Origin: Clostridiales bacterium | GTDB lineage: Bacteria > Bacillota > Clostridia > Saccharofermentanales > DTU023 | DNA: 64,000 nt | Direction of reading: 5' to 3' | Assembly (NCBI GenBank): GCA_004556925.1 | Contig: SFFI01000003.1 | Location: 34,187 to 98,186 of the forward strand | In this document: positions 1-9,040 of the stretch, one piece after another | Layout: every line of letters begins with the position of its first letter | How positions within the stretch are numbered: the stretch's first letter is position 1 | Made by a program: the position numbers and the translations under genes | The notes under the pieces: model-generated | Database searches by the model: none | What the model was told of the DNA's origin: nothing | Seen by the model: only the letters and a program-made list of their open reading frames with translations

Positions 1-891
1 GGACTTGATCACCAACTGGCTGTAGATAATCTGGCCTGTGGACCGGCCGCTCTTGGTCTGTGGCTGATTGGGCCAGGCCTTCCCCTTAAATATCATATTG
101 AGATATTCCTTGGCAGGCTCTATGTCCGTGTAGATACCAAAGTCGAATTCCGAATAGCCCAGCTTGCTGGGTGCAATAATCGCATCTGCCTGGACTAGGT
201 ATTTTTTAGGCGCCTTAACCGGCTGGCTCGTTTCCCCGTCCCCAGAGGCTTGTCCACCGAACTTGCTCTGCCAATAGGCCTGGGTGTCAAAAATAGCAAA
301 GACAGGATCCTCAAACATATTGACATCCGGGGGTGGTTGCTCTTCATCGGGATCGCCACCCCAGAAGCCCCCCATCTGACCACGCGCTTTGGTGTTATAG
401 AACTGGTAGTTAAATTGTTTGCCAATGGCCAGAGGCAGCTTGCCTTCCTGGTATTCATCTGGAGCAGGAAAGGCTCCCGCTTCAAAGTCCCAGTCCAAAT
501 CATCCAGATATTCTCGGCTATAGGCCTCTATGCTCTGCATATTTTCGTAGGGCCCCAGGAAAAAGGCCGCCTCTATCCGTAAAACGGGAGAGACATATTC
601 CACATGAGGCAGGGCAGAAATTTCTGCTACTGCCTTGTCGTCCAACTTTTTAGTCCCATCATCACGGATGCCCGGACCGATAATCATGCCCGAAGAATAG
701 ACACGAATATCCTGCAGCTCTCGACTAGACCCAATCGCCTCTTCCATAAATTGCTGCTGGGCAATCCCAATGGAGAGCATGACAACAATCGCTACTGTGC
801 CGATCACGACACCCAGGATGGTGAGGCCAGACCGCAACTTTCTCCGCCAGAGGCTGGAGAGGGCCATTTTGATTTGGTCAGAAAAACGCAT
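1..891 (-). CDS. ABC transporter permease, FtsX/MacB family (N-terminal 297 codons; gene continues beyond window start)
   Basis: Absent from the ORF track because it is open at the window edge. Manual minus-strand translation from the ATG at 891..889 gives 297 codons without a stop: MRFSDQIKMALSSLWRRKLRSGLTILGVVIGTVAIVVMLSIG..., a TM helix followed by a large extracytoplasmic domain, as in MacB/FtsX permeases. The start overlaps the upstream stop (TAATG). Confidence 0.8.
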   Translation of the reverse strand, partial: MRFSDQIKMALSSLWRRKLRSGLTILGVVIGTVAIVVMLSIGIAQQQFMEEAIGSSRELQDIRVYSSGMIIGPGIRDDGTKKLDDKAVAEISALPHVEYVSPVLRIEAAFFLGPYENMQSIEAYSREYLDDLDWDFEAGAFPAPDEYQEGKLPLAIGKQFNYQFYNTKARGQMGGFWGGDPDEEQPPPDVNMFEDPVFAIFDTQAYWQSKFGGQASGDGETSQPVKAPKKYLVQADAIIAPSKLGYSEFDFGIYTDIEPAKEYLNMIFKGKAWPNQPQTKSGRSTGQIIYSQLVIKS

Positions 892-3056
892 TAGCTCATG
901 AGGTCCCTAAAGTAGGCCTCGTCCTCCATCGTCATACGCTTCTTGCGCTTGCGCTTGCGGACACTGAGGATCACGCCCAGGAGGACCAAGAAGAGTCCCA
1001 CACCACAGAGAATCCAGGCCCAGAGGGGCATAATGGCCAGAGGTCCGGTGGGAACTTCCATTTCACCCATACTAGGATCATCCGCCCAGGGTGGCATATC
1101 ACCAGGAAAGTCCATGCCACCCATGTCCATATCCTCCATAACCGTGAGCATAAACTCTATCTCTTCGGAGGAAACCTGGCCATTTTCATCTTCGTAGCTG
1201 ACCTTCAGTTTACGCGGGTCTTCAGGAGAGAAGACTGCATCTGCGGTGATCATCATGTCCACGAGGGAGCTGGCCCCGGCATTCAGGTTGCCTAGGAAGA
1301 TTTCATCGCCAGTGATGCCCTGGTTGTCCGGCACGGTGACAGTAACATTGTAAAGGGTGGTTTTGCCCTTGTTGTAGAGGGGGAAGTTGAGGCTGGTTTG
1401 CTGGCCCACATTGATCTGCTCAGGCATGAGCTCCATTTTGCCGTGGTCCATGCGGACAGCCTGGTTGAGTTGAATGGAGATGGCCTCGTTGGCCTGAATG
1501 GGGGAAGCCTTAACGTCCTCGTACTCCATCTCCAGCTTGAGGGGATAGGCCTTTTGAGGGACCTGGACCGAGGCCGTCATCATGAGGTCTAACTCATATT
1601 CGGTATCCGGATCGATCCAGGGAATAAAGACAGAGGAGGCACCTGATTCTGTAATAAAAGGAGGTACTGCGGCTTCCCCGACCGGGTCTGAAGAAACCAC
1701 CAGGCGAATATTTTGGACACCCAAGAGGGCGGATGTATTCTTGATTGTAAGGGTCAGCTTGAAGTCTTCACCCCCCTGGACCTTGTCAGGGTTGGTCTTA
1801 AAACCGGTACACATGAGCCGGGGCTTGGAGTCCGGCCAAGCTTCCTGGCTACCACCATTGCCCTTGTTGTCCTCTGCCGGGTTGCCCACAATATTGACGA
1901 AAATGGGGAAGGTCGTTTCCTGTATTTCCTGGTTGCCATACTTGTGCTTAACCAAGAACTCAATTTGTTTGGGACCGGAGCTTATGTCCTCACGCACGGT
2001 AAGCGGACCAAAATTACAGAGAATCATGGTACCAGAAGCCTCACTGCCTGTGCCGGCACCGGGCGCCAGGGGCAGAAGCTGCCGGCCCACGGCCTGGGTG
2101 TAGTCTGTCTGGGTTATGACAAAGGGCCAGCTGTCGGCTTCGCCCTTGATGATTGGTGTGACGGAAATAATATCCACCGGGTCAAAGCCCCGGTTGACCA
2201 GGCCAAATTGCAGGTTCAAAGCCTGGCCATAGGTACCCGTCTGTGTGGGCAGGAGAGCCGGAGCCAAAAGGATCCGGCTGTCAGTCTTATTGTCCGGATT
2301 ACCCACGACCCGGATGGTGTAGGACAGGGTTTGCTCGTAGATTTCGTTGTAAGAGCTTGAGCTATCTTCACGGTAGCGCACTGTAATTTCCAGGGAGTAA
2401 TAGCCATCTGTAGCCCCGGACTTAAGCCATTGAGGCGCAATCGTTACAGATGTGGTTTGCCCACGTCCAAGATTGTCGCTACCGGTTGCCCCTACAATCT
2501 TGGTGTAGGTCGCCTCAAAAGGAAAACCCTCCCCCCCTGATTTTAAGAAGACTTCCTCAATATGGAGGCTGGCCTCTGAGACATTCTTCATTTCGAATTG
2601 TAACAATTCATAGCCCGTCAGATAGAATACGGGCGGGTTAAGGGTTGGTTCTATGCGAAAAGGGTACTCAGAAGATTTATTGGTACGCTCTACATCCAGG
2701 CCACTAGTCGGCGTAGGCGTGATAGGTGGCGGACTGGTCTCTTGGGCAGACTCACTTGGTGACACCACCAGTCCCCCATTAATATAAATTGGGTTATCTT
2801 TTGTACCTAGCTCAGGGTCCGGATCTGCTGTACCTAGCTCAGGGTCCGGATCTGCCTGGACAAGAAGGCCGTTTCCCAAGAACAGGCTCAAAAGCAAGAT
2901 CAGGCAAGTCAAGGCAGAGACAAGCCGACTCTGTTGGAAACGGAATACTCCCTGGTCAGCGTTTTTTTGCCTACTAGGGCCAGGGCCTCTGCGGGCTGGA
3001 GACAATATATCTGTCACTTGGCGCAGCTTAAGATGTTTGACCTGTTCTTGCTTCAT
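891..3056 (-). CDS. large envelope protein with N-terminal signal-anchor, repeated beta-sandwich (CARDB / COG1361 S-layer-like) modules and a C-terminal TM anchor
   Basis: 721-aa ORF. Hydrophobic segment LVSALTCLILLLSLFLGNGLLVQA near the N-terminus. C-terminal PLWAWILCGVGLFLVLLGVILSVRKRKRKKR. Several ~100-aa units of similar pattern (e.g. FKLTLTIKNTSALLGVQNIRLVV, TSLNFPLYNKGKTTLYNVTVTV). Overlaps both neighbouring ABC genes. Confidence 0.6.
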   Translation of the reverse strand: MKQEQVKHLKLRQVTDILSPARRGPGPSRQKNADQGVFRFQQSRLVSALTCLILLLSLFLGNGLLVQADPDPELGTADPDPELGTKDNPIYINGGLVVSPSESAQETSPPPITPTPTSGLDVERTNKSSEYPFRIEPTLNPPVFYLTGYELLQFEMKNVSEASLHIEEVFLKSGGEGFPFEATYTKIVGATGSDNLGRGQTTSVTIAPQWLKSGATDGYYSLEITVRYREDSSSSYNEIYEQTLSYTIRVVGNPDNKTDSRILLAPALLPTQTGTYGQALNLQFGLVNRGFDPVDIISVTPIIKGEADSWPFVITQTDYTQAVGRQLLPLAPGAGTGSEASGTMILCNFGPLTVREDISSGPKQIEFLVKHKYGNQEIQETTFPIFVNIVGNPAEDNKGNGGSQEAWPDSKPRLMCTGFKTNPDKVQGGEDFKLTLTIKNTSALLGVQNIRLVVSSDPVGEAAVPPFITESGASSVFIPWIDPDTEYELDLMMTASVQVPQKAYPLKLEMEYEDVKASPIQANEAISIQLNQAVRMDHGKMELMPEQINVGQQTSLNFPLYNKGKTTLYNVTVTVPDNQGITGDEIFLGNLNAGASSLVDMMITADAVFSPEDPRKLKVSYEDENGQVSSEEIEFMLTVMEDMDMGGMDFPGDMPPWADDPSMGEMEVPTGPLAIMPLWAWILCGVGLFLVLLGVILSVRKRKRKKRMTMEDEAYFRDLMS
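2802..2855. repeat. perfect 27-bp tandem duplication (2 copies) inside the envelope-protein gene
   Basis: tgtacctagctcagggtccggatctgc occurs at 2802..2828 and again at 2829..2855. It is in frame and encodes the duplicated peptide DPDPELGT(A/K) just after the signal-anchor. Confidence 0.95.
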
Positions 3057-3900
3057 AACTCATTTTTCCTTTTTCTACCGAAATGATTTTGCCATCACTA
3101 ATGCGGAAGATGCGATCACCATACTCCGCTAATTTATCGTCGTGGGTAACCATAATGATGGTTTGTTGGTGCTTTTTAGAGATTTGCTGCATGAGGTCCA
3201 TGGTTTCCGTGGACGTATGGGAGTCTAGGTTGCCGGTAGGCTCATCCGCAAAAATGATATTGGGATTGACTACCAGGGCCCGGGCTATACCCACCCTCTG
3301 CTGCTGGCCACCGGACATCTCAGAAGGCCGGTGGTACATGTGTTTGGACAAGCCCAGCATGTGGAGGAGGATCGCTGCCTTTTTGAGGCGGAGAGCCTTG
3401 GGCTCCCCGTGAAAAACCAGAGGCAGGGCAACATTTTCTAAGGCTGTCATAGATTTGACCAGGTTAAAAGACTGGAAGACAAAGCCGACGTGCTCGCGGC
3501 GAAAATCTACCAACTCATCTTCTGTCAAGCCCACGATGTTCTTGCGGTTGATCAAGATCAGGCCTTTACTGGGCGGTTCTAGTCCCGCCAGCATATTGAG
3601 CAAGGTAGACTTGCCAGAACCCGAGGTGCCAACGATAACGCAGAATTCACCCTTCCGGATGTCAAAGTTGACCCCGTCCAGGGCGTGAACCCGGCTGTCC
3701 CCTACGCGATAGATCTTAAAGAGGTCGCGCACGGAAATAATCGCCTCCGTCAGTTCCGCCTTAGGCAGGGTTGCGTTAATAGACCGGGATTTGGCCTCCG
3801 GTTGCTGGAGCTTCTGGGTGGGCTCTGAAATGGCTTCGCCTGCCAACTTTGCGGGGTTAGATGACACGAAAATTACACCTCTGCTACGTTCACATAACAT
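3028..3900 (-). CDS. ABC transporter ATP-binding protein (MacB/LolD-type NBD)
   Basis: Walker A GTSGSGKST, signature SGGQQQR, Walker B IIFADEPTGNLD, H-loop VTHD. The ~55-aa N-terminal extension is doubtful. A GTG at 3867 preceded by AGAGGTG is a plausible alternative start. Confidence 0.9.
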   Translation of the reverse strand: MLCERSRGVIFVSSNPAKLAGEAISEPTQKLQQPEAKSRSINATLPKAELTEAIISVRDLFKIYRVGDSRVHALDGVNFDIRKGEFCVIVGTSGSGKSTLLNMLAGLEPPSKGLILINRKNIVGLTEDELVDFRREHVGFVFQSFNLVKSMTALENVALPLVFHGEPKALRLKKAAILLHMLGLSKHMYHRPSEMSGGQQQRVGIARALVVNPNIIFADEPTGNLDSHTSTETMDLMQQISKKHQQTIIMVTHDDKLAEYGDRIFRISDGKIISVEKGKMSYEARTGQTS

Positions 3901-3972
3901 TACTAGTCTAACAGATCTAGACGAAAGTGAAAGCCCGATCTCCCCTCAGTTTTATTGCTTTTTTGCCAGAAA

Positions 3973-6675
3973 TTATCGGGCAAAATGCTTGTCAATATAG
4001 GAGCCTTGCTCAGTCTTGCGGACCTCCAAGCGTTGGGGAATGAGCTCCTTAAGCTCCTCTACATGGGAGATGAGCCCGCATAGGTAGGAGCCTGAAGAGA
4101 GGTCTAAGAGGGTATTAACCGCCTGGTGCAGGGTCTCGCGGTCCAAACTGCCAAAACCCTCATCAATAAAAAGCGTTTCCAGGGCTAGGCCTCCTTGGCT
4201 GGCTCTTGCCACATCGGATAAGCCCAGGGCGAGGGCCATAGCGGCCTGAAAACTTTCCCCGCCGGAGAGGGTAGACAGCTCACGACTTTGGCCGCTGTAA
4301 CTATCCCACACTTCCATCTCCAGGCCAGTGGTCCGCCGGCGGTCGGCAGGTGCCGAACTGTGGACCAAGCGATAGCGCTGGCCGGTCATTCTAGCCAGGC
4401 GCAGGTTTGCTGCCTCCAAAATCCATTGGAAATAATAACCTTGCACAAAGGTCTCAAAGTCACGGTTGAGACCGCCCTTGAGCTGGCCAGTAGCCACCTG
4501 GTAGAGCTCCAAGAGGTTGCGGAAGTCAAGCTCTAACTTGTCAATATCCTCCTGTAAGGCTTCCAGCTGCAGCTTAAGCCGCTGGTTTTGCGCCTCCCGG
4601 CTCCGGCGTTGGGCCTGGGCATTTTGCACATCTTCCAGCTGGCTGCTAACAGCCTCGCGCGCGGCTTGGACCTGGTTGAGGTCGGGTAGAGTCTCTGGGG
4701 GTTGCCAATTTTTTTGGAAGGCCTTGGCCTCCATCCGCAAGGCCTGAAGCCTGTCTTGGTCTGCTTGGATCTGGCTAGCCTGGGCCTGAAGCTTGCCTTC
4801 TTCCAAACCTAGGGCCTCATAGGCTGCAAGATTTTCTAGGCCAAAACCTTGCAACAGGGAAAGTAGCTGGTCCTCCTGCTTCTGCCATTGACTCTGGGCT
4901 TCTGCTAACTGACCTGCCAAGGAGTCGGCTTGGGCCTTGTAGGTTTGGTCCTGGTCTTCGACCTGGGCTTTTTCAGCTTCCAGCTGTTTTTGGTATTCCT
5001 GCCAAGCCCGCTGGTTTTGCGCCCAGGTCTCTAGGGCTTTTTGGGCCTCTGCCAGGCTGGGATAAGGCAAATCTTTACTCCAGGCCTGGACATTAGCTGT
5101 CACCAGGTCTAGCTTTTCCTGCAGGCGGTCCAGGGCTCTCTGGGCCACAACCAGCGCTTGGGCATCTTCTTTGGCTTGTCGTTCCAATTCTTGCCGGCCC
5201 GGAATTTCCCCCTCCTTCCGCAGGAGGATCTCCCCTTCTCCATACTCGCCGCTGGCGGGCTGAGGGTGGTGAATAGACCCGCAGACCGGGCAAGGCTCTC
5301 CCTCCTTGAGGCTTGCAGCCAAGAGCCTGGCCTGGTGGGCCAAGTCGGACAGGCGCTGGGCTTCCTGAGCCTGCCAAGCTGCCCAGGCCTCAGCGGATTC
5401 TTCAGCCTGAGCTTGGACCTCCCGATAACATTTTTTCTGCTGCTTAAGCTCCTTTTGTACGGCCTTCACGGCCGCTTGCTCAGCGGCCAGTTTTTCATAT
5501 TGTCCCAAGCTGGCCTGCAAGAGTTGGGCTTTTTGGGCCTGGTCCTGCCGAGCCTCTGCCTCCTGTTGAAATGCACTCAGCTGACGGCCTAGTTTGGCCT
5601 TACGAGGCTCCAGGACTTTGGTGTAAGTCTCTTGCAAATGCTTTTGGGCCTCAAGCAAGTCATCCCAACGGCCCTTGGCCTGGTCATAGTCAGTGCGGCG
5701 AGCAGTCACCTTGGCCAAAAGGTCTAGGTCCCGAGTCAGGCGCTGGTTTTTCTGGGCTAAGCCTGGGGCGGCTTGTTCTGCAAGGGCCAAGTCATGCTGA
5801 AGTGTGGCCCAGCGTTGAGCAAGCTCTAGGCTTTCCTTAGCCTTGGCGAGTTCCAGGCTTAGCTTGGCCTGCTGGTCCTCTAGGACTTTTTTCTGCGCCG
5901 CTTCCTCCACTGCCATCTCCCTATCGCGTTCTGCTTCTTGGGCCAAGAGGGCTAGGGGGATGGCCAAGTCTAGGGGCTGGTCTGGGCCTTGCTTGCGTAA
6001 GTCCTGCCAGCTTTCGAGGAGGTCGGGCGATACCAAGTCCAGAGATTCCAAAGCGAAACGGGCCTTGGTCCGCGCTTCTTGTAGGTCTTGCTTGGCTTTT
6101 CCCACAAGGTCCCTGAGCCGTGTCTGGAAAAGCTGCAGCTGGTCCGTTTGGAAAATCCGGCGGAGGATATCTGACCGCTCAGAGGAACCTGCCTTGAGGA
6201 AGTTGGAAAATTCGCCCTGGGCCAACATGGAGACCTGTCGGAATTGGTCCACACCAATCCCCAGGATGTTCTGGATCTCCTGGTCGATCTCTTCTTGCTT
6301 GGTCAAAATACGGCCATCCGGTAGCTTGAGGACCTGCTCGGCCTGCTGTTTAGTCATGCCCGAGCCAATTTTTTTGGGCCGGTCATAGGCAGGAATACGC
6401 TCAATACAGTAGGTCTTTCCCTGTTGGGTGAACTCCAGCCGGACAAAAGTATCCAGCTGGGGATCGGCCTGGTGAGAGCGCAGGTTGCGCTGCTTGCGCC
6501 AGGTTCCAGAAGCCTGACCAAAAAGAGCAAAACTCAGGGCGTCAAAAATGCTGGTCTTGCCCGCCCCGGTGGGGCCAGAAATCAAAAAGAGGCCAGAGTC
6601 TAGGTCCCTAAAGTCCACCGTCTGCTGGTCAACAAAGGGGCCAAAAGCTTGCAGGGTCAAAACGAGGGGTCGCAT
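3973..6675 (-). CDS. sbcC: DNA double-strand break repair ATPase SbcC (Rad50-like)
   Basis: 900 aa. Walker A GPTGAGKTS, very long Q/E/A/L-rich coiled coil with a central CPVCGS zinc hook, C-terminal LSGGESF signature and FIDEGFGSLD Walker B. Overlaps sbcD by 19 nt. Confidence 0.85.
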   Translation of the reverse strand: MRPLVLTLQAFGPFVDQQTVDFRDLDSGLFLISGPTGAGKTSIFDALSFALFGQASGTWRKQRNLRSHQADPQLDTFVRLEFTQQGKTYCIERIPAYDRPKKIGSGMTKQQAEQVLKLPDGRILTKQEEIDQEIQNILGIGVDQFRQVSMLAQGEFSNFLKAGSSERSDILRRIFQTDQLQLFQTRLRDLVGKAKQDLQEARTKARFALESLDLVSPDLLESWQDLRKQGPDQPLDLAIPLALLAQEAERDREMAVEEAAQKKVLEDQQAKLSLELAKAKESLELAQRWATLQHDLALAEQAAPGLAQKNQRLTRDLDLLAKVTARRTDYDQAKGRWDDLLEAQKHLQETYTKVLEPRKAKLGRQLSAFQQEAEARQDQAQKAQLLQASLGQYEKLAAEQAAVKAVQKELKQQKKCYREVQAQAEESAEAWAAWQAQEAQRLSDLAHQARLLAASLKEGEPCPVCGSIHHPQPASGEYGEGEILLRKEGEIPGRQELERQAKEDAQALVVAQRALDRLQEKLDLVTANVQAWSKDLPYPSLAEAQKALETWAQNQRAWQEYQKQLEAEKAQVEDQDQTYKAQADSLAGQLAEAQSQWQKQEDQLLSLLQGFGLENLAAYEALGLEEGKLQAQASQIQADQDRLQALRMEAKAFQKNWQPPETLPDLNQVQAAREAVSSQLEDVQNAQAQRRSREAQNQRLKLQLEALQEDIDKLELDFRNLLELYQVATGQLKGGLNRDFETFVQGYYFQWILEAANLRLARMTGQRYRLVHSSAPADRRRTTGLEMEVWDSYSGQSRELSTLSGGESFQAAMALALGLSDVARASQGGLALETLFIDEGFGSLDRETLHQAVNTLLDLSSGSYLCGLISHVEELKELIPQRLEVRKTEQGSYIDKHFAR

Positions 6676-7850
6676 GCTTTACCTTCATCGTGTAAACCAG
6701 CTAAAACCTGGGCTACCAGGTCGGCTTGCTCCGCGTTCATGGCATGGCCGGTTTCTTGCTGGAAAAAGCTGGCAAAGAGTCCAGGAAAATCTTGAGCGGA
6801 AAAAGCCTGGCCCGCTGAGTGGGCTGCCGTCTCGGCTGCCCGGGCATAGCCCAAAAAGCTGAGGCCACATAGCCTAGGGTAGACGGCTTGGAGTTTAAGC
6901 GAAGCATCTAGGACCAACTCTTGGTCCGTCAGTTCGGCAAAGATATAGGCTTCTTGTGGGCTTGCTTTGCCGGCAGCTAAAAGTTCTGCACAGCTTCCTT
7001 GGATTTTGTGGACAGGATAGAGGGGCTTTAAGGGTTTAGCCTCCCAGCTCAGGCTTCCGGCTTTACTCTCGATCAGGATGACCCTTTTAACCTGGTCTGC
7101 CTCGGACGCAGAGTAAGCTAAGGGGGAACCTGGATAGACTGCCTTAGGGCCTAGCTCTTGCGGCCTATGTAGGTGGCCCAAGGCCACATAATCAAAGTCG
7201 GCGCATAGCCAGGCCGGTAGCTGCTCCACCATGCCCAGGGAGGGAAATTCCGATTCTGATACCAGGCTGTCTTGGTCCGTATTCACAAGCCATAGATGGG
7301 CCAGGAGCATGGCGGGTACCCCTTCTGCCCGGCGCTGGCGCACTCGGTCAAGCACCGGGGCCAGGTATTCTGCCATCAGGTCGGGGTACTTAGCCTGGCT
7401 ATAGTCGGCATGGTCATGACTTGCTGCCAGGAGGTCCCTCAAGTCATAGCGCCTCGTGTAAGGTAGGAGGTAAAGGTCTAGGCGGTCCTCACCTTCCCCC
7501 AAGGTAAAAGCCTCCCAGCCGGTCCTGGCTTGCGTAGCTAAATGGATCCCCTGCCGGGCAAAGAGCTGGCTGCCATAGCCCAAGCGACTGGCAGAGTCAT
7601 GGTTGCCTGACACCAGGAAGAGCTGGACGCCCTCTGCGGCCAATTGAGAGATAAAGCCGTCAAAGAGCTCCAAAGCCTCTTGGGGAGGATTAGGCCGGTC
7701 AAAAACATCGCCCGCTAGGACCAGGGCTTCAACCCCTTCGTGGCGGGCGATCTTCAGTATTTCTTGCAAAATGTGCTCTTGGTCCTCCCGGAGGGAAAAA
7801 CCGCTGAGACTTTTACCTAAATGCAGATCAGCAAAATGGAGGATCCGCAT
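6657..7850 (-). CDS. sbcD: exonuclease SbcD (Mre11-like metallophosphoesterase)
   Basis: 397 aa. MRILHFADLHLG, LAGDVFD, VSGNHD and GHLH motifs. Confidence 0.85.
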   Translation of the reverse strand: MRILHFADLHLGKSLSGFSLREDQEHILQEILKIARHEGVEALVLAGDVFDRPNPPQEALELFDGFISQLAAEGVQLFLVSGNHDSASRLGYGSQLFARQGIHLATQARTGWEAFTLGEGEDRLDLYLLPYTRRYDLRDLLAASHDHADYSQAKYPDLMAEYLAPVLDRVRQRRAEGVPAMLLAHLWLVNTDQDSLVSESEFPSLGMVEQLPAWLCADFDYVALGHLHRPQELGPKAVYPGSPLAYSASEADQVKRVILIESKAGSLSWEAKPLKPLYPVHKIQGSCAELLAAGKASPQEAYIFAELTDQELVLDASLKLQAVYPRLCGLSFLGYARAAETAAHSAGQAFSAQDFPGLFASFFQQETGHAMNAEQADLVAQVLAGLHDEGKACDPSF

Positions 7851-7853
7851 GTC

Positions 7854-8912
7854 CTACCCTACTAGAGTAATGAGGAAGAGCAGGATGAAATAGAGCCAGT
7901 AGCGGCTGGACCTGGACTTGGGATATATGGAATCCAAGACGTAGGTAAAGCTGAAGAAGAGGGTGTACTTGGCCAGGACCAAGAGGGTTGCCGCAAAGCT
8001 CACAGAAATCAGAGAGATAAAGATAATCACAAAGTGCAGGATGGTATGCAGGACTGTGGTATAGGAAATAAGCTTAAGATACTGGAGAGGCGGCAACTTT
8101 GCCTCCCCACCCATGCCGGAAAAAATCCAGGCAGCGAGGAAGTAGAGCAAGAGGACCAGGGCCTGCTGGACCAGGGCCAGGCCAAAGCTTGATCCCCACT
8201 TGAAGGTCTCGCCTCCCATTATCCCGCCGAAGAGTCCACCGACTTCACCCAGGCTGGCCAGGGCGGCCGCAACACCCTGAGAGGCAAAGGTAGCTTGTGC
8301 CAAGGCATAAAAGAGGATATTTGCCACTAACAGGATGATCCAGGATACGAGCGACAAGTCTTGGTTGAGGGCCTTGCTGGGGTTTGAGGAGAAATAGTGC
8401 TTGAAAAGGCCGGAAAACTCCCCGACCTGCTTGCTGAAATCATAGTTGCCACCAACAGGCTTGCCGGGTCTGCTTTGGCGAGGGCCGTGAGGACGCGGGC
8501 GGCCTTGGGGCTGGCCTTGAGGTCGGCTGGCATAGGCCTGTCCTGCCTGATAGGCATCAAATTGGCCCGTTGCCTGGCTATTATAGGCCCCCTCATAGGG
8601 ATTGCTCCCGCCAGGCAGCGGTCCAGTATACCCGGCCTGCGGCAGAGGATTGTAAGCTCCAGTCTGCTGATGATAAGGGCCAGTATAGGGGTTAGCTCCA
8701 GGGCCTTCTTGGTAAGCTGGGCCCTGGGGTTGGGGATTATAATCGAAATTTTGGCCAGGATTATAAGCGGCTTGCGGCTGGCCTTGTGGGTTAACCGGAG
8801 GAAGGTCCTCAAAAGGGGGCTCTGGAGGGTTGGTCCGGGGCATACCCGCGGGCTGCGCATTATAAGGCATAGGGTTTGGACCGTGAGGGCGCCCACTATT
8901 ATCTTGGTTCAT
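7854..8912 (-). CDS. membrane protein with P/Q/G/Y-rich disordered N-terminal half and multi-TM (Yip1-like) C-terminal half
   Basis: 352-aa ORF. The first ~170 aa are low complexity (NPQPQGPAYQEGPGANPYTGPYHQQTGAYNP...). The rest has about five hydrophobic helices. Starts 4 nt after the sbcD start region on the same strand. Confidence 0.5.
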   Translation of the reverse strand: MNQDNSGRPHGPNPMPYNAQPAGMPRTNPPEPPFEDLPPVNPQGQPQAAYNPGQNFDYNPQPQGPAYQEGPGANPYTGPYHQQTGAYNPLPQAGYTGPLPGGSNPYEGAYNSQATGQFDAYQAGQAYASRPQGQPQGRPRPHGPRQSRPGKPVGGNYDFSKQVGEFSGLFKHYFSSNPSKALNQDLSLVSWIILLVANILFYALAQATFASQGVAAALASLGEVGGLFGGIMGGETFKWGSSFGLALVQQALVLLLYFLAAWIFSGMGGEAKLPPLQYLKLISYTTVLHTILHFVIIFISLISVSFAATLLVLAKYTLFFSFTYVLDSIYPKSRSSRYWLYFILLFLITLVG

Positions 8913-9040
8913 TGCTGTACCTCCTCAACACAAGCAAGCTAATCAATAGACAAATAAAGCATATGCTTGCGTAATAGATTTGTAAGAATACGTAAACATT
9001 TTATACATAATTGGTCATTTGGGCAAACTTTTGCGCCGTC

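Noticed and set aside
250-894. Plus-strand ORFs 250..582 and 604..894, and minus ORF 195..503
   Set aside because: They lie antisense to, or out of frame with, a 297-codon open minus-strand frame that has clear FtsX/MacB permease features. Their translations are low-quality.
3973-7850. SbcC/SbcD-like pair as a possible SMC-type phage-defence module
   Set aside because: The architecture is the canonical overlapping sbcD-sbcC pair with a zinc hook and Mre11 motifs. No extra effector or DUF genes are associated, so a housekeeping role is the simplest reading.
8327-8942. ORFs of 189 aa (minus) and 181 aa (plus) overlapping the P/Q-rich gene
   Set aside because: These are alternative frames of a compositionally biased region. 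The 352-aa frame gives a coherent low-complexity plus multi-TM protein.
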